Part shown: one piece after another, positions 1 to 10,888 of the stretch
How positions within the stretch are numbered: position 1 is the stretch's first letter
How the letters are laid out: every line of letters begins with the position of its first letter
Origin: Balanoglossus misakiensis
Lineage: Eukaryota; Animalia; Hemichordata
DNA: 64,000 nucleotides
Direction of reading: 5' to 3'
Assembly (NCBI GenBank): GCA_040954595.2
Contig: CM082585.2
Coordinates: 7,093,808 to 7,157,807, forward strand
Made by a program: the position numbers and the translations under genes
Notes under the pieces: model-generated
Seen by the model: only the letters and a program-made list of their open reading frames with translations
The model's database searches: none
What the model was told of the DNA's origin: nothing

Positions 1-2710
1 TTGCTGAGGTGGCGAGATTTTCAGCGATAATTAACCGACGGATTTAAATATTAACTTGTCATCTGGATGAGTAAACTGCGCCGTCTGTTGATGTGTTTCG
101 TTGCAAGGACATGATATGTGCTACAAGTGACGTATACACACTGTAGGTAGGTGGTTGTCCATGTGTCATGTATGTGTGTCAGACATAAGTGACCACTGCG
201 ATTGAACAGGGGATATATGCGATCGCTGCTCCCAGTGTAACTGTATCTGCTTACAGGACGCCGGAATAGGTATGTGGTGTCGGGGGTGAAGTGTTTTTAA
301 CTGGACAATCGAATATCGGTCACACTGCAGTGGAACTCCTGTGGACAATACGGCCTTGTGAACTTTGAACTCCACAGACTCTGATGTCATGTTCTAATTC
401 TGTCCGAGGGAATTCTAGAAGTTAATGTGGGTTCAAACTGACATTTCAGAATCACGTGTGGAAAATGTGGTACTATGCGGTTGGACTAACTTCAAAATTG
501 GAATGTTCTAGAGAAAAAAAGAAACTCTCCAACACAATACATGTTGTTTGCTTGTTTATTGTAACCACTAAGATTATATTGTATGTAAATATCATGCAAA
601 TGATAAGTACATGTACTCTTCAACCTTGATCAATGGTGAAATGCATGATTTTCAAGTCAAGCTAGATATATTTAATCCCTGTGTAAGCAGAGTTTGCTGA
701 GTGGATGAAAAATGGGTTTCCAGTACAGTGATACATACTGTATCACTGTAATAAGTTAACAATGAATTAGCAGGTACACAAAAGGTAGCATTGTTTCTAA
801 GTTCTGTGGCATGAGTCACAAAGCACTGACAGGTCCTTTGCATTATAATGCTTGTGTTATATAATCATAAGCCTATGAACACATGAAATCTGATGTGCCC
901 AGACTCCAAGCTGATTATGAGAATTTAATTTATATATGTTTGATTAACACCTTAATATATGGGCGCCTAATATGTTTAATTGTCTGCAGTAATGTGTTTG
1001 TTCATGTTTACAGGAAAGTAAATACATGATGCTAATAGGGCTTCAGTTGGCAAGGATCCACGTTGTCAAAGTTCTGTCGTGACAGGGGTATAATGTGACG
1101 TAAAATATAGATAATTAAAACAGTATTGTATGGGATTTTTGAGGATTATAATCTGTTATGTTTGGATGGATTTGTATGCAAAGTCACTAGTTACTGTAGT
1201 TTGGGTGTAATAATAAGATTCGTGATTCCAACAACACAGAAGCTTTAGTAGCTGCCTGATATTAATTGCCATGGTCATGTATGGCTTCTGGTGTTCAGAG
1301 CTTTGATGAAAAGCAATATTTTTGAACGTCAGTGGGTTGACAATTTTATGACGGCCGCTTTTGTGGTCGTAAAGCTGAGAAATCTGTGACTTATTTACGT
1401 CGGTCGTAAATATGTCATGGTTCCATCATGAATATGCAGAGTACTGTAGGTCGTTTTGTCTCAGTGTTCAGACAATTTATGTGGGGGTAGTTCTGCAAGG
1501 CATTATGAAGATGAAACAAATATTCTTTGTAGCTACAGGTAGCAACACAAAAAAATAATTTAAAGGTTACGGTCATAAAACAAGCAAAAATAAACTAACA
1601 ACGCATCTAAATTCTTGGTGAAATGTAAATTATATACATGTACATGTATGTCTACAGAAGTGTAGAAAATCACGATTTTTTAACTGAAATCTGAGTTTTA
1701 TTACCATTTTGAACTTTGCTTTTAGTAGTTTTAGTTTAAAATTGATTACACAAGATTTTAAGAGAAATAACTTTTTGACATTTGTTAATTTAGTGTTCAA
1801 GCTTGTCATAAATTTTAATAACAAATCTCTCCCCCTAATCTCAAGTGGTCCAGTACAGTAGCTTACATGTACATCAGAAAGTTGTGTATTTTTGGAACGC
1901 AATTTGGATAACTGAGGCATGTGTCAGCCATACTGGACATTTTCTCACCAGACTTGCGGTATTGAATTGCCGACAGTCGTAATGGTTTGGTATTCAGAAT
2001 TTCCAGCCAAGCAGAGGTCCAGCAAAGTATTAAAGGTGACATTGCAGCCTTGAGATGTTTAACTCGGCATGAATTTGGCATTGTGGGTTAATAGAGTGGA
2101 AAGATGGTCTGTGTTGTGTACACATTGACTGGTTCTTCACTGCAGTCAATGTCAAATCTAAGGCCGTATACGTATTACTCAGAGGGCTTTAATTCAATCT
2201 GTCACACAGTTTGCAGAGGTACTAAGAGTTTCTTAATACTTAAAGCCTAATATACATGTATCAGTAATTTAAACATTGTCCAATCGATATGTTTGGAAAG
2301 ATGGATACAACAACACTCCTAGAAGCTGAGATGTTTTGCACAAGATTGGTGTCAAGTGGCATGTTTGATTGTAATCGCGTCTTTGAATGTTCCTTGGGTC
2401 TAGAAGCAGGAGCCAAGTGGCCACACATTGCATCATAGTCAACCTTTGGCACGTGCATGTATAGGGGTTCAAATGTCTTATTGACTTCATCTCAGTGGCT
2501 GTGTGGTTTCCCTGGAAACCGCCACTGAGTTGAACAAATGCATCCTTTGTTGGGAACTTCAGTTAGTCCTTTCTTCAGCTCTTCCCCATCATTAAGAAGG
2601 GAAAAAAGGTGGCACAGGTTTACACAGTCATGCATTCATCTGTCATGCATTCATCAGGTTCAGGTCAGTGGTGTCGAAACGAATACTTCAGCAGGTTCAA
2701 AACACCCAGA

Positions 2711-5700
2711 ATGTCACAGAATACTAAAAAACCAAACCTGTGAGTTCAAAATGTAATCCTGAGAAATATCCCTTCAAGTAAATTTATTGCCAAATTTAAA
2801 AAACCTTCATGTGCAAAATATTGACTAATTTCTACCCTCCAAGTAGTCCATAATTCATTATTTTCTTTCAGCTAGACCAATTACACTGTTCCAAAACAAA
2901 TTTTATTGGCAAATGTGAAGTGAATGTTGAATTTCACCTCATATGCCAGCAACTCTCTTGAGAATCAAGTCTGCTGCTAAGAAGCCTACGACATGAAAAA
3001 TCTGTCTAGACAACTTTATAATGTTACCCTAGTGCCCGGCAATTGACCGTGCAGAAAGCGCATTGTGTGCTCTGCTTGTAAAATGCCCGAGCGAGGTAAT
3101 AAGTATAGAAGACAATCTGACTTGACTGAGCAGTAAAGTACGGTCAAGCTGAATTTCTCTTGTTTTCGTTTGACTTCAAAAGAATCTTTCTTGTTCCGAG
3201 CTTTCACTTTTTTCACGCAAAAAATCATTTGATAAAAAAAGATAAAGATAGTACATAATTAAGTTTCGGATTTTAATGCTGTCTGTAGTGTTGCTTAGTA
3301 ACAGAACGGATGGTCTGTAGAGGTCTTGTGTCCATCAGGTGTTCCACCATCTTATTAATTATATCAATTCAGACGATCTGTAACTGTACCTTTTCTAATT
3401 GAATTGTGGACAACACCTGAACCAGTATGTCCAATGAGTACCCGCTCTGGTGTTTACATTGTACAGGTTGCTAACTCCCCTCCTTTCCTTTTTCCCTTGC
3501 AGTCACAAGCTAGAGGTTGAGTTTGATGATAATACTAGCATTAGGCGAAATAGATCTAGGTACTACATCACAAAAGTTATCACGTGAGTATTCAACTTTG
3601 CATTGCCTTCTTGGAAATTATTTTTTCATATCCGCATGTACAATGGCAAGAGAGGTTGAAATTTGCATGATATAGAGCATACAAAGCCCATCATTAATTC
3701 TTCTTTGTGTTTTTTCATATTGTTTGCAGAATCCAAAGGGCTTGGCGGGCCTACCTGCTGAACAAAGCCAACAGAGAGAACCTGTTGTCATGTGAACAGG
3801 TTGAGGACGAAGAAGAAGAAGACGACGAAGACGAAGAAGACGAGAGCCCGGAAGAGTCGGAGGAAAGTTCGCAATCGGAGATGAGCGACACCGAGAGCAC
3901 GGCACAAGAGTCAAACACTGTCTCGGCCAGCACCTCTTCTGATATGCTGAGCGTCAGGAGTCGAGAAGGTGAGGAATATTTGAAATGAAAGAACTCTTTG
4001 AAATTGAAGAACTAACTTTTTACTTCAGTGATGTAGATCATTAGAAGACAGTCTTAAAGTTAAATTTTTCCTGCAAATATACCAGGTTGAGATCGAGTTT
4101 GTTTTTGTGCTAGTTGTCTTTTACCCTTTTACTAGCATAGTTTGGTCCAATTCCATCGTTTTCTAGGTTAAAGTTTGACCTCTACTGATAGAAACGGGGG
4201 TAAAAAGGATTAATATGTAATCGTATCGTACTTGTGGATCAGACGGGATTTCATGTTACTTGAGACGGTCGCAATTATGAGAACATGTTACATATTTCAC
4301 AAGGTGCCATTTTAGCATCAAACCTGAAGATCTGTTGTGTGTTTCAACACCCACTCCAGGACATTGTTACTACAACGCCATTGTGAAATCCCCACAGTTT
4401 GTCTATTATTAAATCTGTCACGTAAGTGGCATTTTATAGCTCGGCGTGTGTACCGTATATCATCTCACTCTGCAGCCTGGCTAGCTTTTCCTCTCTCTGA
4501 CTGATTTCCTGCTTCCTTGTCTATACACAGAAGGTGTTGAAGCGTTTTTAGAAATTACCAAGTGTTTCTCGCTCCCATTGAGTTTGTGTCTGTGGGACTT
4601 CCATCTTCCTTGTCATCTTCGTATTTGCTTCCAGCAGTTCTTGTACTGATTTCCGTACTTGCCATGAACCGCTAATGTATTATTTTCAGGATGGTGGGTG
4701 GATATGTTCAATAGATGTGTCTGGGTCTGTCTGGCATTAACGTGGGTGTTGTGCGTTTTCTTTTACATGTACAATGTGTTCATGCCTTTACCTGATTTGT
4801 CTGTCCCTGTCTGTCTGTCTGTCTGTCAGTCTGTCTGTACATCCATCCATTAGCCTACCTGTGTATCTGTCTGCAGTGTTGTGTTGTCCATCTATTTGTA
4901 TATCACATGCTTACATGTACGTGTATCTTGTATGTGCTTAATTGTCTGTCTGTCTGTCTGTCAGTATATGTCCATGTTATGTCACTGCCTGTCTATATGT
5001 CACTGTGTGTGCCTGTCAGACTGACTCTCTCTGTCTCTGTCTTCGTGCCTCTATCTCTTTCTGTACCTTTCTTAGGGATTTATTTACGTCGGATCATCAG
5101 TTAAACTGAAATGCTTTCTCTTGCAGATGATTCAGAAGGCATGAGCAGCAGAGAAGATTATGTCCAGGCCCTGGGCGCAATGCACGACTTGGAGAGCAGC
5201 GTTGAACTTGATGACGCTGAGTTCGCTCGGCTGCAACAAGCCATCGAAGACAAAAAGAACAAAAATGTCAATAACTTGAGTCTGGCGGAGGAGTTTGCGA
5301 ACATCGAAGTAGCAAATCCCGATGAGGCAGCCGTCGGCGAGGACGAGGAATACGAGTCGGAAGGGAGGATTGACGGAGCGAGTGCGTCGCCGGACAAGAT
5401 GTCGGGAAGGCAGAGCCGCATGGACAGATACGACAGCGCCACGGAATCGGAGGAGAGGAGCGAGATCGAGGATAACGTTGTCGGGAAGGAGGAGACGGAG
5501 TTTCTGGAAAAGGGCAACAAGGACAAGGAAGTGAGAGATCACGAAAATAACACACTTAAAGACAGCGACAGGACTGAGACTAATGAGAGTACTGATCTTG
5601 AAAGGACAGACTTGAAAAGTTCTGATTCGTTGCACAAACCCACGGAGGAGAAATCGCCGACGACTCCGCCCGAAGGAACGTTTGATGTGTACAACCTGGA

Positions 5701-8700
5701 GGACACCACCCTGCCTGTCATGGACTGGGCTTCGTTAGAGGCCCACCTTGCAAATATTTCTATAGAAGAACAAAGTGCAAGAGAGGTATGGATGGATTTT
5801 TATTTGGAAATGACATCCCTCGAGAAACAATACAGGCTTGGGGAATAATTAGCACACAGGATTGGAAACCAAAATCTATGCGGGTGTGTGTGTGTGTTTG
5901 CGTGTTTGGTGGTTTTAAACTGCTGGATATAAAATCCAGTCTAACTGCTTGTTGCACAAACTCAGTTGCTAAATATGCTACAACAAAAAAGCAAAGTTGA
6001 AGAAACCATGAGATTGTACTGGGTCGAATATGAAATCTTCACAAAATCAAAAAAGAAATTTAGAAAAAAGGTCCATTCTCCCTGGGGAGTCTTAATTATA
6101 CGGAGGTCTTTTATTTCTGAATGTCACACAGGATCTAGGTAATTTGTAGGAAATGGAAGAAAATATGAAAGCCACCCACCCACACATACAGATATCTCCT
6201 GACAGGAACTGTATTGTACCATGATACAGGCAGCTTAGTTAGTTTGCATGCTTCTCAGGTGTCTTGGATCGTAAAGTGCCAGAACCGATACTACATGTAT
6301 TGTATGTGTCTGATCGTTAACGCAAAAATTTGCCATTTTACTGCAAATACGCTTTCTCAGACATACGTCTGAGGAGAAAGTTTAGGTGCCACTCAATATT
6401 TTTTGCGGCCATTTAACTGAAGTCTGTTTATCTGTAATGGCTTGAAGGGACCCATACATCATGGCCTATGTGTTATGAAGTTTTGCTTGAAAATGACATT
6501 TCATCTATAGTTGTTGGCATTAATACATGTAATTAATGCCAACAAAAAATGTGTGTTGGTCTCGTGAGCTGCCAATACCTAAAAATCACGACAAATATTT
6601 ACTGGACATTATTATTTAAGCAATAAAACACCCCCAGCCATGGTATACCACGAGATTTTGACCAGTTCACGACATATACGCATGAGCGATAGCGAGTGTG
6701 TATATGGAGTTGAACTGGTCAAAATCGAGTGGTATACCATGGCTGGGGGTGTTTTATTGCTATTATATTATACCAGTATATTGAAACTTTGCATAAAACA
6801 TTTTAAAAAGGCATTTTCTTTGACTATGAGTTTTGCGTGCATTATGACTGTGGTATATGGCGAATATATCACGGTCACGTGTCGTGTCTCGACCAATCAA
6901 ATAGCGTGATTTACACCACCAATATACTGGTATAATATAATACGAGATATCGCAATATTATTTGCTGTCACCTCAAGTAAATAGATAAGCTTTGTATGCA
7001 CGTTTGTACTGAAACCATGTTTTGATTGATTTCACTCAGTCACAGAGGAACAACAGGGAAGAGATTCTTCGCAAGCTTGCCATGGCCGGGGAAGACGACG
7101 ACATAGAGGGCGATATCTACGGCAAAGGGAAAGACAAACTGTCGACGAGACTGCAGGGCGGTATGAATCTGCAGATCTGCTTCGTCAACGACCCGCTCAG
7201 CGACAGCGAGGCGAACGAGGATGAAGGGGACGGCCCCAGATCGCCTGTCGCTTACAAGAAAGACAACGATGTGACGTCTCCAAAGGTAGGAATAATACCG
7301 GTAGAATCTCACACTCCCAAGGACCTGGGATCATATTTCTCACTCGAGTTGGGGATTTTCTGTCCCTCACGAGCGTCATATACAGCTTTCGATTCAGTGA
7401 GAGTGTGGGATCGATTTGTTCTAACATTCTGATCCCACACTCCCAGCGTGCCAGGAGTGTGAGAAAAATGTTATCATTGTCCAGTGGTTAGAGCATTAGA
7501 CTCATGATCGAAGGGTCGTGGGTTTCGAGCATTTGTACATGCCCGTCCATGTGTATGTTTGTACATTGTGTATCATGTTGTTTTACGATTTTGAGTTTTC
7601 CATGTATCTGATAGTATAGTATTAACTCACTAAATGCTCCAAATCACAGCATTCTTCTGTAACGTGTGAAATACTTTTTTGTTATCCACCCACAGTCACC
7701 AAGCACAGACAACAAGGCTGACAGCAAGGAGGAGGAAGAAGAGGAGGTGGACTTTGCGGTGAAGCAGGCAAGGTTACAAGAGGAGGCCAGACTGGCGCTG
7801 GCACAGGCTAGACCCATGGCTAGAATGCAGATTGAAGTGGAGAAACAGCAGAGGAAGAAATCACCTGTGGCTGAATTGGTGAGTTGTCTCAGATGAAGAG
7901 AGGAATCCTGTTGCCAAAAGTGATTTCTTTCATGGGGTTTGGTTGGAGATGTTTGTGCAGGGGATTTCAGGGGTGGTAGGATTAAATTTGAAATGTGTTG
8001 TAGCCATTCCAAGTCACTGTCTAGAATGAGAACGAAGATACAGCTTTGTGTGTGTGCATGTGCCTGTGTGTGTGCATGCATGCATGTGTGCGCATCACGC
8101 ATTCAAGTTTGTACATGTATGTGATGTATGTGCTTGTCTATCTCAACCTTGTCTCTATTGTACAGATCCAGTATACATTCTACATGTACATACAGTATAC
8201 GTACTGCTCCATAGACATATCCCCCTTCTGCTGATAATCGATGGTCACCAGAACAAGTTCCCTCAATTTTAACCCTTTCACCCCCAGTTCTCTCTTCAGA
8301 GGTCCAACCGTACCATAGAAAACAATGGGTTTGGACTGAACCATGTTGGTGAAAGGGTTAACCTATGGTTTACTGAATAAGTGTCTTGAACTGTAGCTTT
8401 CAATCAGCACCAATTGTAGAGCAGTTTCTTGATCAATTATGATTTCCATTCTCTTCTTTTGCAGGCTGGAGCAGCAGGTCTGACGGAAATCACTGAGGGC
8501 CTCAGCGGCAAGCGAATGCTTCGTAAACAAACCCTGGTTACCATGACAGTCAGTCAGATCAAGACGATAGTCAATGACCTCACATCGCAGATTGAAAGTA
8601 AGTCTCGGCACGTCAACATGTTGTAAGAAGTAGAATATAAATATTTAAAGTATTATCAAAATTAAGTTACAGATATTGTCCCTTTAATAAAGACATCAAA

Positions 8701-10888
8701 TCACTATGAAATACTGAAATGTGATGCTGATTCACCCCTCTCACTCATTCTACCTCGATCATACTGTGCCATTAAAAACTGGGGGGTTGTACAAAATCGA
8801 TACGTTCATTGTGAAATGCGAAAAGAGTCTGATTTTTATTTCTGTTTGACAGATCTCAATGAAGAGCTGATGCAACAGCTGATCGTTCGAGATGAGCTGC
8901 AGATGGAACAAGACAGCAAACTTGTGGACATTGAAGACCTCTCAAGGTGGATTAATATGAGTACGTGTAGATTGTCTCACATAGAAATCAACAAGACTCG
9001 TGCCAGACAAGTGTAAACGCAGTCAGGGTTGTCGCCAAAAAAAAAAAAGAACAAAAATTCACAGTTTCGAACACCTCTGCTCTGTCCAATCCAAAATGTG
9101 TACTTCTTCTGTAGTTTTTAGTTCAACATTCTTCCCTCCACACTCATATTTCTGTGGTTTCTGTGCAAGTTCCTATAACACACTAACACCAGATTTGTGT
9201 GGAGTTTGATAACCCACTGATGTCTTGTACGTGAATTAATGTTTTCTGATAACAAATGCTGTCGACTTCATCCTACATAACTCACATGCTAAAAAATTTT
9301 TTTAATTCTGTGCGTTTTGCTATGCTGTGTTACAACATCGTGTTTGGGCTTGTATGGCAAATTTTATTTTTTAACAAATCACGCCAGCTGAAAACTAAAG
9401 TTATTTTTGTTATAGCTTTGTCGCGTGAAATGCCTGTATCTCAGACTGGACTGTGTGTCATTTTCCTACTGCATCGTAGTCATTATCATACTGAACGTAG
9501 AAAAGCCACCATCACAATCATCGTCTCAAAAGCATTAATAAAACAACCTGCCGTTTGCAATTGATTTTTCTTTTCAGAACTTTAGTGCTGTAGACTCAAT
9601 TTTGATAATCTTCCAGAACCACGACTTATAATTTCTTTTGCGTTCTTTATTTTTGTTAACTGTCACAGAAATGTCGTAACCAACGCCTCCCCATAGTTCT
9701 AGACGAATTTAGCTCCCTAGTTCACTTAGAAAAGGTCAAAAAGTCGGCCATGTTTCACCCAACTCATCTTCATTTCACTGCAAATGGCACTAGATTTTGG
9801 TTTCTATATGATCCAGTCGTACATGTGCTGAAGTTTTTTGCATGGCTGTTTAATATTTTTTCTCCCAATTTTAAAGAATATGTGCAAGAAAGTGAGCTAC
9901 TGACCATCGTGGACCTGCCCAAAACCGACTCCGAACAACCAGTTTGATTTTCTCAAATAGTGTTGTGTTGTGTCACGTAAGCATGCCGTCTCTTGTTTTT
10001 TATTTTATCCCGGTTGTACGCCCATCCTAAATGAACCCACCCCCGCCTCTGTGGTCATAGGTAAATGGTACATTCCACTTTTAACCAAGCACAATATTGG
10101 GTCAAAGGTCACAGGTGCTAAAGAAGAGTTTTGATGTGTGGGTGTGTATGGGTCTGAGGAATGCATTATGAATAATTACACTTGCAACACTTATTTACCT
10201 GCACATGTATTATTCCTGCGTACCGTACATTGCAAGCCCATTTGGTTTAATCTATTGAATGAACCAATGGGTTGATTCCATTTGACCGGGGTTGTGGGGT
10301 GTACAGGTCAAGTCAGAATGTTTTCAGTTTACATCATTTGCAATGAATTTGACAAATGCCATTGAGCGGTACATTGATGAACAAAGATCAACAAAAGTAA
10401 TTAAGATGGTCTTCACTGAACAAATCTAGTAGAGACATTCTACTTTGCATAAATGCACACGGTGTGTCCATCAGAGCAAAGTCATTGTGTAATATCCCTT
10501 GATTGGGCAGATATTCACTAGAACAAGGTTATAACACTGTTCAGAATGGGGGTTGGAGCAAACTGAACTACATTCATACAAAAGATGGACACTCGGACAC
10601 AGAAACTGAAAAAACATAGATACGTTAGAAGATTTGTTTAGTACATTGGTATAGTATAAATCAATGTGCTGCTGGTCTGGCAATTTTTGGAAGTCTTGGA
10701 GCAGTTACATGGTGAGTAAACCAGAAAACAAGATCGACTGTGATTTCTCGGCCAACCAAGTTGCAGTGAAAAAAAACTGTTTGTGCTGAAATCCTGTCTA
10801 TTCTCTCTCTTGTTTCGACAGACATGCAAATGACCAGAGAGAAAGAGCGCCACCAGCCCAAGCAGCAAAGGTTGGAAAACAGAAATAA
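2711..10888 (+). CDS. SCHIP1: Schwannomin-interacting protein 1 with N-terminal IQCJ-like IQ motif (IQCJ-SCHIP1-like), about 576 aa, 9 coding exons (first exon tentative)
   Basis: Phase-consistent GT-AG exons: 2711-2739 (tentative start, MSQNTKKPN), 3503-3583, 3730-3968, 5127-5785, 7040-7285, 7696-7878, 8465-8597, 8853-8946, 10822-10888 (TAA). Total 1731 nt = 577 codons. Motifs [117 protein letters not shown] closely match the recalled vertebrate SCHIP1 C-terminal half. KVITIQRAWRAY is an IQ motif. Confidence 0.93.
4800..5045. repeat. Degenerate (TGTC)n low-complexity tract in a SCHIP1 intron
   Basis: Repeated ctgt/tgtc units, e.g. 4807-4837 and 4943-4961. Confidence 0.7.
6619..6942. mobile_element. 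Palindromic non-autonomous (MITE-like) element built of two adjacent inverted-repeat modules
   Basis: Arm 6619-6651 (agcaataaaacacccccagccatggtataccac) is the exact reverse complement of 6729-6761, and pairing continues inward around gagcgatagcgag. Second pair: 6761-6783 and 6920-6942 (tattatattataccagtatattg / caatatactggtataatataata). Confidence 0.7.
7307..7464. mobile_element. Short inverted-repeat (MITE-like) remnant
   Basis: tctcacactcc 7307-7317 pairs with ggagtgtgaga 7454-7464; inner hairpin gagtgtgggatc 7401-7412 pairs with gatcccacactc 7431-7442. Confidence 0.45.
7478..7530 (+). mobile_element. tRNA-derived fragment (SINE head or tRNA pseudogene)
   Basis: A-box-like ccagtggttagagc, anticodon-arm-like gactCATgatc, B-box-like gggtttcgag; no acceptor stem. 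Confidence 0.5.

Noticed and set aside
5132-5635. Antisense and alternate-frame ORFs over the large SCHIP1 exon (similar cases over the tetraspanin, ABCC5, 39562-40257 and 55072-55527)
   Set aside because: Expected shadows of GC-rich coding sequence; no independent motifs or splice support
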